A DNA stretch of 64,000 bases from an uncultured Ruminococcus sp. (GCA_900551005.1 URUL01000001.1:246-64245), one strand, 5' to 3'. Shown: positions 35,998 to 46,044, numbered from the stretch's first letter. Program-made: numbers and translations. The notes: generated by a model from the sequence alone, not told the origin.

Positions 35998-36566
35998 GGA
36001 TCATCACAGGAAGTGCCAGAGGCATAAATCTGAAAACACTCGAGGGCGACGATACGAGACCGACCCCCGAAAGAGTCAAGGAAGCTGTATTCAGCTCGAT
36101 ACAGTTTGACATAGCAGGAAAAACGATGCTCGACCTTTTTGCGGGGTCCGGTCAGATGGGGCTGGAAGCGCTGAGCCGAGGTGCCGAAAAGGTCACCTTT
36201 GTGGATGCCTCCCGCGATGCCGTAAATATCGTAACGGAAAATGCCAAGAAAGCAAAGCTCTATCAGCATTCCAACGTGCTGTGCATGGACTGGAGATCCT
36301 ATATAACGGCGGCAGGCGGAAGAAGCCGCTATGACTATATCTATCTCGATCCGCCCTATGCTCTGCGCCTGCTCCCCGAGGTGTTGATCTCCCTTTATGA
36401 TTCGGACATGATCGCAGATGACGGCACCGTTATTTGCGAGGATGAAAGACCTCTCGAGGTCGAGGAAAATGTCATGCTCTCTGCACGATACGAAACGATA
36501 AAGAGCGTCAAATACGGCAGAGTCCATATCACATATCTTAAGCCCAAGACAGGAGAAGAAGAATGA
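35994..36566 (+). CDS. rsmD: 16S rRNA (guanine966-N2)-methyltransferase RsmD
   Basis: MRIITGSARGINLKTLEGDDTRPTPERVKEAVFS...LDLFAGSGQMGLEALSRGA...YLDPPY. Confidence 0.9.
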   Translation: MRIITGSARGINLKTLEGDDTRPTPERVKEAVFSSIQFDIAGKTMLDLFAGSGQMGLEALSRGAEKVTFVDASRDAVNIVTENAKKAKLYQHSNVLCMDWRSYITAAGGRSRYDYIYLDPPYALRLLPEVLISLYDSDMIADDGTVICEDERPLEVEENVMLSARYETIKSVKYGRVHITYLKPKTGEEE

Positions 36567-37045
36567 AAAAAACAGCTTTGACGGCAGGGACCTTTGACCC
36601 GATCACGACAGGTCATACCGACATCATAAAAAGAGCGTCGGATATCTTCGATGAGGTCATCGTCGCGGTCTATACAAATCCGACGAAAAAAACGGCTCTT
36701 GACGAGGAAACGCGCTTTCGCGCTGTCAGCGCTGCGGTGAAAAATATTCCGAATGTCCGCGTCGTAAAAGGCGAGGGGCTTATTGCGGAGTTTGCGCGCA
36801 AATGCGGCGCATGCGCCATCGTAAAAGGCGTGCGCGGCATCTCGGACTATGCCTATGAGGAAGATATGGCTCGGGCAAACAGGGAGGTTTCGGGCATAGA
36901 TACATTTCTTCTTATCGCATCACCCGAAGTCCTTCATGTCAGCTCAACCCTTGTCCGTGAGCTTGCGCGATGCGGCAAGCAATATGACAAGTATATTCCC
37001 GAAGGTGCAAAAAGCATAATAAATGAAAGTCTCGGCAAAAAATAA
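36563..37045 (+). CDS. coaD: Phosphopantetheine adenylyltransferase
   Basis: GTFDPITTGHTDIIKRAS (T/HxGH nucleotidyltransferase motif) and ...VSSTLVRE. Confidence 0.93.
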   Translation: MKKTALTAGTFDPITTGHTDIIKRASDIFDEVIVAVYTNPTKKTALDEETRFRAVSAAVKNIPNVRVVKGEGLIAEFARKCGACAIVKGVRGISDYAYEEDMARANREVSGIDTFLLIASPEVLHVSSTLVRELARCGKQYDKYIPEGAKSIINESLGKK

Positions 37046-37154
37046 AAAACAGAAAAGGGAGATGCTACGCAAGGAAGGTAGCCTCTTCCTTGATTTTTAG
37101 AGGCATTTGCGATATAATGCGTGTAACAACCCGGAATTTGGAGAGGTATGCAAA

Positions 37155-37507
37155 ATGATTATCGAAGGATACGTAACAGATGAACAGGCGATGATCCGAG
37201 AGATTCGGGAAAAACTCGGCGTTACCCCGAAGATCCTTCGTCCGCTATGGCTTGATCAAGCGTTTTTTACAGAGGACGTGGATAGCCTGCGTTATCATGA
37301 GCTTTGCATTTATTTTTGATGGATGTTTGCGAAACAGATTTTTTAGCAAAAGGCAGCGTGTTTATCTTAAAAGAAGGGCAGCATACGCATGAATCTGAAT
37401 GGCCGGAGTTTGGCAGACGGAAAGACGAATACTTCTCTCCACTGTTTTTGAAAAAGGATATTTTCAATCTTCCTGATGAATTTACCATCCGAACTGAAAT
37501 TGAATAG
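37155..37507 (+). pseudogene. Remnant of a NUDIX-like hydrolase (N-terminally truncated, frameshifted)
   Basis: MIIEGYVTDEQAMIREIREKLGV resembles a degenerate Nudix box (E-x7-RE..G) without the preceding ~35 aa. The reading frame breaks in a T-run at ~37311-37316 (..HELCIYF* continues in the +1 frame as LMDVCETDF...). The family call is weak. Confidence 0.35.
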
Positions 37508-37691
37508 CGTAGGTGGAAGATGTTCAAAAGAGGACCCCTTTCTCTTTTTGTCCTTTTCGGACAGGCGAAAAGCACCTCAAATGAAGGCTTCTTTTCATAT
37601 AAAGTGACAATCACATAATTTTTCGACAAAATGAACAGGAAAAAAGACAAAACTTTTTCCCTGTTTTTTTTATTTTTTTGATGAAAAGCTA

Positions 37692-37720
37692 TTGTAATTT
37701 TTGAAAAGTTCGGATATAAT
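37692..37720 (+). promoter_or_regulatory. Candidate P_mra promoter
   Basis: TTGTAA (37692-37697), a 17-nt spacer, then TATAAT (37715-37720), immediately upstream of the repeat operator. Confidence 0.45.
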
Positions 37721-37727
37721 ATAATAA

Positions 37728-37786
37728 AAGTGGTGTAAGGTGGAGTGAAGTGGTGAATTTTCCACAGAGTTTTCCACTTTTCCACA
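37728..37786 (+). promoter_or_regulatory. mraZ operator region: three direct GTGG repeats at 10-bp spacing followed by three TTTTCCAC(A/T) boxes
   Basis: GTGG occurs at 37730, 37740 and 37750 (AAGTGGTG / AGGTGGAG / AAGTGGTG). This is followed by TTTTCCACA (37758-37766), TTTTCCACT (37770-37778) and TTTTCCACA (37778-37786). It lies ~50-110 nt upstream of the mraZ start. Confidence 0.6.
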
Positions 37787-37838
37787 GGCGAGTGTTTTTT
37801 CACAGGCACAAAATAAAACAAGAAGGAGGCGTTTTTTC

Positions 37839-38258
37839 GTGTTTCTGGGTGAGTATGCACATACCGTCGATGCCAAGGGCAGGATCTTCATCCCCGCAAA
37901 GTACCGTGAAGAGCTCGGTACAAAATTTGTTATAACAAAAGGAACGGATAAATGCCTTTCCGTTTATCCTATGGAATACTGGAATTCCTATGTAGCCAAA
38001 ATAGAAGCGCTTCCTACGGCTCAGGCGGCGAAAATACGCAGATTCGTTTTCGCTCAGGCTTGTGATGTGGAGCAGGACTCTCAGGGGCGTGCGCTTCTCT
38101 CTCAGAGCCTGCGCGATTATGCGGGAATAAGCGACAGTGCCGTTGTCATAGGACTGGGCTCCTATCTCGAAATATGGTCTGCCGAAAACTGGAGCGCGGC
38201 TTCCACGGGCGAAGATGCCAAGGAAGTTGAAGAGCTCATGATAGAGCTGGGCTTCTGA
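37839..38258 (+). CDS. mraZ: Transcriptional regulator MraZ
   Basis: MFLGEYAHTVDAKGRIFIPAKYREEL, and a second SpoVT/AbrB-like repeat with DSQGRALLSQSLRDYA. GTG start after AGAAGGAGG. Confidence 0.95.
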   Translation: MFLGEYAHTVDAKGRIFIPAKYREELGTKFVITKGTDKCLSVYPMEYWNSYVAKIEALPTAQAAKIRRFVFAQACDVEQDSQGRALLSQSLRDYAGISDSAVVIGLGSYLEIWSAENWSAASTGEDAKEVEELMIELGF

Positions 38259-38259
38259 T

Positions 38260-39213
38260 ATGGATGAGATAAAATTTTCGCATTACTCCGTTATGCTCGG
38301 AGAATGCATAGATATACTGGGTATCAAGCCGTGCGGCACATATGTTGACTGTACGCTCGGCGGCGGCGGTCATTCGCTCGAGATAGCGAAAAGACTGACA
38401 GGCGGCAGGCTCATCTGCATCGATACCGATGAATGTGCCATCGATTCGGCAAAGAAACGTCTTTCCGATTACAGCGACAGGATAACATATGTTCACGGGA
38501 ACTTTTCCGATGTATCGCAGATATTGCAAGAGCTTTCCGTTGATGCCATAGACGGCGCGATCATAGACCTCGGCGTATCGTCATACCAGCTCGATACCCC
38601 CGAGCGCGGCTTCTCGTATAATACGGATGCGCCGCTCGACATGCGCATGAATGCCGAGGGACCTCCCGAAAATGCAAAAAGCGCCTATACTGTTGTCAAT
38701 ACATACAGCGAAAGTGAATTGCGGCGCATTCTCTTCGAATACGGAGAAGAAAATTTCGCCCCGAAAATAGCCTCCGCCATCGTCAAGGCACGAGAGAATG
38801 CTCCCGTAAAAACGACACTCGAGCTTGTCGAAATCATCAAAAGCGTCATGCCGAAAAAGGCGCTTGCCGTCGGTCATCATCCGGCAAAAAGAACCTTTCA
38901 GGCAATAAGAATAGAGGTAAATAACGAGCTTGCTATCATAGAGCCGACACTTCGTGCTCTGATATACGCCATGAAAAGCGGCGGTGTGCTTGCCGTATTG
39001 ACCTTCCATTCGCTTGAAGACAGGATAGTGAAAAAAACCTTTGCGGAGCTGGCACAGGGCTGTACCTGCCCGCCGTCCTTCCCTGTCTGCATATGCAATA
39101 ATAAACCGAAAATAGAGATACTCACAAAGAAACCCCTGCTTCCCTCGGAAGAGGAGCTGGCAGAAAACAACCGCTCTCACAGCGCCAAGCTGCGCGCAGC
39201 AAGAAAAATATAA
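38260..39213 (+). CDS. rsmH: 16S rRNA (cytosine1402-N4)-methyltransferase RsmH
   Basis: HYSVMLGECID...YVDCTLGGGGHS...DLGVSSYQLD...RGFSY...HSLEDRIVK. Confidence 0.95.
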   Translation: MDEIKFSHYSVMLGECIDILGIKPCGTYVDCTLGGGGHSLEIAKRLTGGRLICIDTDECAIDSAKKRLSDYSDRITYVHGNFSDVSQILQELSVDAIDGAIIDLGVSSYQLDTPERGFSYNTDAPLDMRMNAEGPPENAKSAYTVVNTYSESELRRILFEYGEENFAPKIASAIVKARENAPVKTTLELVEIIKSVMPKKALAVGHHPAKRTFQAIRIEVNNELAIIEPTLRALIYAMKSGGVLAVLTFHSLEDRIVKKTFAELAQGCTCPPSFPVCICNNKPKIEILTKKPLLPSEEELAENNRSHSAKLRAARKI

Positions 39214-39243
39214 AAAAGCAAGTCTTTTTGGAAAGGAACAGTC

Positions 39244-39729
39244 ATGGAGAAGAAGAAAAACAAGTCCGGCAACATCGGCAGCTTCTTAAGAAAATATACG
39301 ACGGACGTATCGAGCGGCGGCGTGAAATACAGCACCGTCAAGACCGGTGAAAAGAAGAAATTTCCCATATATACGGCGGCATGTGCCATTCTGATTACGG
39401 CTATGCTCATGTTTATCGTTTTCTCTTTCGTTCAGGTGGCACAGCTTCGCTCGGATATAAATCGCATCAATTCCGATATCTCCGAAATGGAAAAAGAGAT
39501 AAGCTCACGCGAGCGCGATATCGATGCGAAATATAAGGATGTCGATTTTGAAGCCCGTGCCAGAGAGCTTGGCATGACAGACAGCAAATATCTGCAGTAT
39601 CTTCCGCGTGATACCGAAAATACGGTAAATATGGTCATATACGGAAATAAGGAAAGCGAAAAATCATCAGGCTCACTTCTCTCCGCTATAGGTCGCGGTT
39701 TTTCGAAGCTGATAGAATTTATGAATTAA
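39244..39729 (+). CDS. ftsL: FtsL-like cell-division protein (bitopic, coiled coil)
   Basis: 161 aa with a single TM (FPIYTAACAILITAMLMFIVFSFV) followed by a coiled coil (QLRSDINRINSDISEMEKEISSRERDID). The call rests on position between rsmH and the PBP. Sequence conservation in this family is low. Confidence 0.6.
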   Translation: MEKKKNKSGNIGSFLRKYTTDVSSGGVKYSTVKTGEKKKFPIYTAACAILITAMLMFIVFSFVQVAQLRSDINRINSDISEMEKEISSRERDIDAKYKDVDFEARARELGMTDSKYLQYLPRDTENTVNMVIYGNKESEKSSGSLLSAIGRGFSKLIEFMN

Positions 39730-39846
39730 ACGGAATAAATTTCCTCGGCGCAAATATAAATATTATAAGTACACAGCTTTGAGTGAGTGGGGAGAATATA
39801 AAATATGCTCTTTGCTCACTTTGTTTTAGAAGGATGGAGGGCGAAA

Positions 39847-42081
39847 ATGAGCGGAAAATTCAGCGAGAAGCCGGATTCCCTTATGGGGCGTACAAGCAGA
39901 AGCATGCGGGTGCGTTCTCTCTCGGTGATTTGCGCCGCCACATTTATCGCGGCCGTGCTTATCGGCAGATTGATCTATCTTCAGATCGTGCAAAACGACC
40001 ATTATAAAAGACTGGTCATAGAACAGATGATATACGAGGTCTCAACAGGCTCGGCACGCGGTAATATCTATGACAGAAATCATGTTACCCTCGCAACGAA
40101 TTATACGACAGAACGCGTTTTCATCTCGCCATACGATATGAAAAGCGATGAGCAGCGTGAGCTTGTGGCAAAAGGACTATCCGAAATACTCGGCGTGGAT
40201 TACGATTCGATCATCGAAAAGACGAAGAAGGTCAACAGAAAAGACGAAACGATAAAAAAGAATGTCGAGAAAGAGGACGCGGATAAGGTACGACAGTTTA
40301 TTCTCGATAACGACCTCTCAAGCTGTGTTCATCTTGTGGAAACATCATCACGCATCTATCCCTACAGCACGCTTGCTTCCCATGTCATAGGATTCTGCGG
40401 TGTGGACGGCGGTCTATACGGGCTGGAATATCAATATGATAAGCTGCTCACCGGCATCAGCGGAAAAATCGTTTCGGCACAGAACGGCAAGGGCGGTGAA
40501 ATGCCCTATCAATACGAACAGTACATAGATGCCAAAAACGGCGCAAACCTCGTGACGACAATAGACTATAAGATACAGAGCTATCTGGAAAAGTATCTTG
40601 AGCAGGCGGTAATAGAATCAGGTGCGAAATCACGTGCCTGCGGTATCGTCATGGACCCGCAGACCGGTGAGATATATGCCATGGCAACCTATCCCTATTT
40701 TGATCTCAATTCGCCGTACACGCCTGTCGAATATTATAAAAGCGAGCTTACAGCTGCAGAACAGACCTACGGCAAGGACAGTGAAAAATATCAAAGTGCC
40801 GTTTCAAACGTGCTTCTCAAAACATGGAACAACAAAGCCATCACCGAAACATACGAGCCCGGCTCCACCTCAAAGGTTTTTACGACGTCGATGGCACTTG
40901 AGGAGGGTAAAGCTACCCTCTCCGATAAATTCTACTGCCCGGGCTACTATAATGTAGCGGGTTGGTCACGTCCCATCAAATGTCATAAGACGACCGGTCA
41001 CGGCTCGCTTGATTTTGCGGGCGCGCTCCAGCAATCGTGCAACCCCGCTATGATGATGCTCGCAGAGCGAATAGGCGCTGATGCTTTCATAAATTACTTC
41101 TGCAATTTCGGATTGAATGAGAAAACGGGCATAGACCTCCCGGGCGAAGCGTCGTCCATCTATAAGGAAAGCCTGACCGGTGTAGACCTCGCGGTATATT
41201 CCTTCGGTCAGAGATATAATGTAACCGCCATTCAGCAGATAACGGCAGTTGCCGCCGTGGCAAACGGCGGTACGCTCGTAACCCCGCACTTGGTAAAAGA
41301 AATTACGGATAACGACGGAAATGTGCTCACTTCCTTCGGGACAATGGAAAAGCGGCAGGTGATAAGCGCATCCACCTCCGCTACCATCAGCCAGATACTC
41401 GCAGATGGCGTTTCCGGAAACGGCGGCGCGCGCAATGCTTACGTCGCAGGCTACAAGGTAGCGGCGAAAACCGGTACCTCCGAAAAAGGAACGAGCGGCG
41501 GGCGAATAGCCTCCACCGTTGCATATGCTCCCGCGGATGACCCGCAGGTGATCTGCATAATTATCGTAGATGAGCCGACGATAGGCTCCATTTACGGCAG
41601 CACCGTTGCCGCGCCGTATGTTTCCAAAGTACTCTCCGAGGTGCTTCCCTATCTCGGGATAGAGCCGGAATATAAAGACGGCGAAATGATTACTCTCGAA
41701 AACCTGCGCGGTTCTTCGCTTGACGCGGCGAAATCGAGGCTCAGCACGCTCGGTCTCTCCTATGAAGTCGTCGGAAGCGGAACAAGCGTCGTAAATCAGG
41801 TTCCCGTATCAGGCAGTACAATGTCCAAAAAGAACGGAAAAGTGATACTCTATACCGAAAGCACGTCTGAAAAGCTCACCGCCGTAGTTCCGAAGGTCAT
41901 CGGTCTCTCGGCGCAGGCGGCAAACGAACTTCTGACGGATGCAGGATTCAATGTAAAAATAGAAGGCGCGACAGGCAGTACGGGTGCTACGGTCGTATCT
42001 CAGTCGCTTCCGGTCGGCACCGTTACCGAAAAGGGCACTGTAATAACAATAGACATGCGTCATATGGACGGAACAGACTGA
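39847..42081 (+). CDS. Class B penicillin-binding protein (FtsI/PBP2B/SpoVD type) with two PASTA domains
   Basis: A TM anchor, a dimerisation domain, a transpeptidase domain with STSK (PGSTSKVFT), SCN (QQSCNP) and KTGT (AAKTGTSE), then two C-terminal PASTA repeats. Start at the ATG at 39847 after GGATGGAGGG. Confidence 0.9.
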   Translation: MSGKFSEKPDSLMGRTSRSMRVRSLSVICAATFIAAVLIGRLIYLQIVQNDHYKRLVIEQMIYEVSTGSARGNIYDRNHVTLATNYTTERVFISPYDMKSDEQRELVAKGLSEILGVDYDSIIEKTKKVNRKDETIKKNVEKEDADKVRQFILDNDLSSCVHLVETSSRIYPYSTLASHVIGFCGVDGGLYGLEYQYDKLLTGISGKIVSAQNGKGGEMPYQYEQYIDAKNGANLVTTIDYKIQSYLEKYLEQAVIESGAKSRACGIVMDPQTGEIYAMATYPYFDLNSPYTPVEYYKSELTAAEQTYGKDSEKYQSAVSNVLLKTWNNKAITETYEPGSTSKVFTTSMALEEGKATLSDKFYCPGYYNVAGWSRPIKCHKTTGHGSLDFAGALQQSCNPAMMMLAERIGADAFINYFCNFGLNEKTGIDLPGEASSIYKESLTGVDLAVYSFGQRYNVTAIQQITAVAAVANGGTLVTPHLVKEITDNDGNVLTSFGTMEKRQVISASTSATISQILADGVSGNGGARNAYVAGYKVAAKTGTSEKGTSGGRIASTVAYAPADDPQVICIIIVDEPTIGSIYGSTVAAPYVSKVLSEVLPYLGIEPEYKDGEMITLENLRGSSLDAAKSRLSTLGLSYEVVGSGTSVVNQVPVSGSTMSKKNGKVILYTESTSEKLTAVVPKVIGLSAQAANELLTDAGFNVKIEGATGSTGATVVSQSLPVGTVTEKGTVITIDMRHMDGTD

Positions 42082-42137
42082 GAAAAAAGGCGTAAAACGC
42101 GGACGTTGAAAATATAAATATTTTTGACGGAGGCGTT

Positions 42138-43586
42138 ATGATGAAGCTCTCAGATATCATTTTAAAAAGCGAGACGCTCTATATGAGCGGCGATACGGAT
42201 AATACAGAAATATGCGGCATAGCCTCAAATATTGAATCGGCGCATGCGGGAGAGGTTCTTTTTCTCCACAGTATGTCGCCCGAAATATACGCGAAGGCAA
42301 AGCAAAAGGGCATATGTGCCATCGTCACGGGCTACGGCGAATATGTCGGCGAGGAGATTCCCACCGTTTGGGTGGAGAATGTACGCGCCTCTCTTGCACT
42401 GGCGCACCTGCGCCTGAGAGGCAATCCGCAAAGGCACATGCGCTTTATCGGAATAACGGGAACAAACGGCAAATCCACGGTTTGTCTCATGACGGCGCAT
42501 ATCCTTCGTAAAGCGGGCTTCCGCGTCGGCATCATCGGCACGCTCTTCTGCGACTGTGGCAAGGGACGCTTGCCAAGCGATTATACCACCCCGCCGCCTG
42601 AAATTCTCGCAAGCGAGCTTTCCGAAATGTACGAAAACGGGATAGATACCGTAGTCATGGAGGTCTCATCTCATTCGCTTGCGCAGGAGCGCATATACGG
42701 AATCGATTTTGATATCGGCGTATTCACCAATCTCACGCATGATCATCTCGATTTTCACGGCAACATCGGCGAATACGCACGCGCCAAAGAAAAGCTTTTC
42801 GAGCGAAGCCGCATCAGCATCATCAATATGGACGATAAGGCGGCATACCGCATGGCTTGGGCGGCAAAGGGCGACGTTTTCTACTATTCGAAAAAACACA
42901 CGGCTGAATTTTACTTTTGTGATGAAAAAATTTCCGGCGGCGGCTCGAGCTTTGATCTCGGTATTTCGCTCGGCAGTATCTCACATACTATACGTGTGGG
43001 CATTCTGCCGCTCGGAAGATTCAATATTTACAATGCGACGGCGGCACTCTCGTGTGCCTATCTCGCAGGTGCCCCGGCCAAATTGCTCGGGGATGCGCTA
43101 TCGGATTTTCCTCCCGTTACGGGCAGGATGGAGCGCATATATGCAGGCGATTTTGACGTTATTATCGACTATGCACATACCCCCGACGCCCTCGGAAAAG
43201 CGATAGAAACGCTTCGCGAAATATACCACGGCAAAATAATAACGCTTTTCGGTTGCGGCGGCGACAGGGATAAGACGAAGCGTCCGGAGATGGGCTATGA
43301 GGCGACACGCCTCTCGGATCTTGTGATCGTCACCTCCGACAATCCGAGAACGGAAGAGCCTGCCGAAATCATCCGCGATATATGCACGGGTATAAAAAGA
43401 GAAAACTACATAACGGAAGTAAACCGCGAAAAAGCGATAGCGCTTGCCGTTTCTGCGGCAAAAAAAGGCGATGTCATCCTCCTCGCAGGCAAGGGCCATG
43501 AGGATTATGTGATAGACAAAGACGGAAAACACGATTTTTGTGAAAGAGAAACAGTATTTAAAAAAATAAAGGAAAAGGATAGATAA
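42138..43586 (+). CDS. murE: UDP-N-acetylmuramoyl-L-alanyl-D-glutamate--2,6-diaminopimelate (or L-Lys) ligase MurE
   Basis: Mur ligase P-loop GITGTNGKST, central and C-terminal domains (DYAHTPDAL, GCGGDRDKTKRP). The DNPR motif (TSDNPRTEEP) suggests meso-DAP specificity. Confidence 0.9.
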   Translation: MMKLSDIILKSETLYMSGDTDNTEICGIASNIESAHAGEVLFLHSMSPEIYAKAKQKGICAIVTGYGEYVGEEIPTVWVENVRASLALAHLRLRGNPQRHMRFIGITGTNGKSTVCLMTAHILRKAGFRVGIIGTLFCDCGKGRLPSDYTTPPPEILASELSEMYENGIDTVVMEVSSHSLAQERIYGIDFDIGVFTNLTHDHLDFHGNIGEYARAKEKLFERSRISIINMDDKAAYRMAWAAKGDVFYYSKKHTAEFYFCDEKISGGGSSFDLGISLGSISHTIRVGILPLGRFNIYNATAALSCAYLAGAPAKLLGDALSDFPPVTGRMERIYAGDFDVIIDYAHTPDALGKAIETLREIYHGKIITLFGCGGDRDKTKRPEMGYEATRLSDLVIVTSDNPRTEEPAEIIRDICTGIKRENYITEVNREKAIALAVSAAKKGDVILLAGKGHEDYVIDKDGKHDFCERETVFKKIKEKDR

Positions 43587-43588
43587 AA

Positions 43589-44983
43589 ATGTATCTTGGT
43601 TTATGTGATAACGGAATAAGCATTACCGATGTGGCGCACGTTGTCGAGGGAACGCTGTACTCAAAGAGTCCCGAGGACATCGCTTTCGGTGTTTCCATAG
43701 ATTCGCGCACCATTCAGGAGGGGGATATTTTCTTCGCCATAAAAGGTGAGAATTTTGACGGGCATGATTTCATTCCTGCCGCTGTAAAGGGCGGAGCATG
43801 CTGTGTTGTCACGGAAAAAAAGCCCTGCGAGGATATTCCGTACGTTCTCGTAGAGGATACCACCCGTGCTCTCGGGCTTCTCGCAAGAGAATACCGCCGC
43901 AGATTCAGCACGATAACCGTTGCCGTCACGGGAAGCGTCGGCAAAACGGCAACAAAGGAATTTATCTATTCCGTTCTCGATAAGAAATATAAAACGAACA
44001 AGACAGACGGAAATTTCAATAATGAGATAGGTCTGCCTCTCACCCTTTTTAAGCTGAATATCACATACAAGGCGATGGTAGTGGAAATGGGCATGAGCCA
44101 GCCTGGCGAGATAGAAAAGCTCTCCGCCATAGCCGAGCCGGATATTGCCGTGATCACCAATATCGGTTCATCGCATATCGAAAATCTCGGCTCGCGCGAA
44201 GCCATCCGCGATGCCAAATTAGAGATCATCAAGGGCATGAAGGACGATGGTATTCTCATTCTCAACGGTGACGAGCCCCTGCTCCGCAATATCAATACGG
44301 GCAAAATATGCAAAAAATACATCGGCATAGAAAACCCTCTCTGCCACTATAATGCCGTCAATATCCGCAAAACAGCAAAAGGATATATTTTCGATCTGGA
44401 TGTGCGAAGCGGCGATTATATAGTCAAGGATATAGAAACGGCTGTCCGCGGCAGACACAATATATATAATGCGATGAGCGCTGTTGTCTGCGGCATGCTT
44501 CTGGGTATCCCGGAGAGCAAGATAAAAGAGGGCGTACTCGGCTATAAGCCCGTCGCTCTTCGTTCTCAGGTGGAAACACATGACGACTTCACATTCATTC
44601 TCGATTGCTACAATGCTTCCCCCGAATCCATGGAGGCGGCTGTCGAGGTTCTCGACGATGTGGCAAGCGAAAGCGGCGGCAGACGCGTCGCCGTACTTGG
44701 CGAAATGCTCGAGCTCGGCTCATATTCACATGAACTGCACGAACGCGTCGGGAAAGCCTATGCGAAAGGCGCTGACCTGCTCATAACTCTCGGAGAAAAT
44801 GCAAAATATATCGGTAAGGGCGCAAAGGAAAACGGCATGAACGGAGAAAAGATAGCCGAGCTTGGTTATGATTCCCCTGCTCAGGCGGCAAAGGAGATAC
44901 GCAAGCTCCTGCAAAAAGGAGATACCGTTCTCTTCAAGGCAAGCCGTCGCGTTGCGCTCGAAAATGTCGCGCATCTCATATAA
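43589..44983 (+). CDS. murF: UDP-N-acetylmuramoyl-tripeptide--D-alanyl-D-alanine ligase MurF
   Basis: DSRTIQEGDIFFAIKGENFDGHDF, P-loop VTGSVGKTATKE, NNEIGLPLT, and canonical position. Confidence 0.92.
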   Translation: MYLGLCDNGISITDVAHVVEGTLYSKSPEDIAFGVSIDSRTIQEGDIFFAIKGENFDGHDFIPAAVKGGACCVVTEKKPCEDIPYVLVEDTTRALGLLAREYRRRFSTITVAVTGSVGKTATKEFIYSVLDKKYKTNKTDGNFNNEIGLPLTLFKLNITYKAMVVEMGMSQPGEIEKLSAIAEPDIAVITNIGSSHIENLGSREAIRDAKLEIIKGMKDDGILILNGDEPLLRNINTGKICKKYIGIENPLCHYNAVNIRKTAKGYIFDLDVRSGDYIVKDIETAVRGRHNIYNAMSAVVCGMLLGIPESKIKEGVLGYKPVALRSQVETHDDFTFILDCYNASPESMEAAVEVLDDVASESGGRRVAVLGEMLELGSYSHELHERVGKAYAKGADLLITLGENAKYIGKGAKENGMNGEKIAELGYDSPAQAAKEIRKLLQKGDTVLFKASRRVALENVAHLI

Positions 44984-45033
44984 AATACGTTTGTATAAAA
45001 CAATAAAAAGCCGCATCGGCACGGAGAAACCAT

Positions 45034-46011
45034 ATGTATCTTTATTTTGTTCTTTCATTAGCGATATGCCTTGTCGCATCGGCGATCCTCGGCAGATTTC
45101 TGATACCGGTGCTTAAGAGCAAAAAGCTCGGGCAGAAGATTCTCGAGATAGGTCCGCGCTGGCATGCCGCAAAGGAAGGCACGCCTACCATGGGCGGTAT
45201 CTTCTTTATTCTTCCCTGTGTTGCCGTATGCGTCGTAGCGGCTCTCATTGCATCTGACAGGCTGTCAGCCCCTATGCTGATATCACTTGGCATGGCAATC
45301 GCTTTCGGACTCGTCGGAGTCACGGATGATCTGACCAAATTTGCAAAAAAGCAAAATGAAGGGCTGACTCCCATGCAGAAAATGCTGCTGCAATTCATCG
45401 TTGCCGCGGCATATCTCTTTGCCATGACAAAGGCGGGCGCCATAGATACAAGCATCAGCCTCATAATAATAAACAAAGAAATCGAGCTCGGATTTTTTTA
45501 TTATGTCTTTTCGATACTCTTTATCGTCGGCATGGTAAACAGTGTCAATCTTACAGACGGAATCGACGGGCTTTGTGCAACCGTATCGGCGGCTGTCTGT
45601 GCCGTTTTCGCGGTCATCGCTTTCTGCGCGGGCGATCTCGGCTCAGCTGTTTTCAGCGGTGCTGTTATCGGCGGACTGATCGGCTTTCTTATCTTCAATA
45701 TTTATCCCGCCAAGGTCTTCATGGGAGATACAGGCTCTCTCTTTCTCGGCGGAGCGGTCACCGGGCTCGCCTATATGAGCGGATATGAGCTTGTCATCAT
45801 GCTTGTCGGACTCGTCTATGTATGCGAGATCATATCCGTGGTTCTTCAAGTCTCCTATTTCAAGCTGACTCACGGAAAGCGCCTTTTCAAAATGGCGCCG
45901 ATACATCATCATTTTGAGAGGCTCGGCTTCTCGGAAAATAAAATAGCCCTCTCCGCTCTTATCATCACGGCGGCAGCGGGCACAGCGGCATTTTTCCTTA
46001 TAAAATACTGA
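45034..46011 (+). CDS. mraY: Phospho-N-acetylmuramoyl-pentapeptide transferase MraY
   Basis: HAAKEGTPTMGG, NSVNLTDGIDGL, MGDTGSLFLGG, APIHHHFE. Confidence 0.95.
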   Translation: MYLYFVLSLAICLVASAILGRFLIPVLKSKKLGQKILEIGPRWHAAKEGTPTMGGIFFILPCVAVCVVAALIASDRLSAPMLISLGMAIAFGLVGVTDDLTKFAKKQNEGLTPMQKMLLQFIVAAAYLFAMTKAGAIDTSISLIIINKEIELGFFYYVFSILFIVGMVNSVNLTDGIDGLCATVSAAVCAVFAVIAFCAGDLGSAVFSGAVIGGLIGFLIFNIYPAKVFMGDTGSLFLGGAVTGLAYMSGYELVIMLVGLVYVCEIISVVLQVSYFKLTHGKRLFKMAPIHHHFERLGFSENKIALSALIITAAAGTAAFFLIKY

Positions 46012-46044
46012 TTTACGGCGCAAAATATATAGGGAGGTAACGGC

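Noticed and set aside
35742-36527. 261-aa minus-strand ORF
   Set aside because: It is antisense to the end of uvrC and to rsmD, both of which have clear signatures. It is a shadow ORF.
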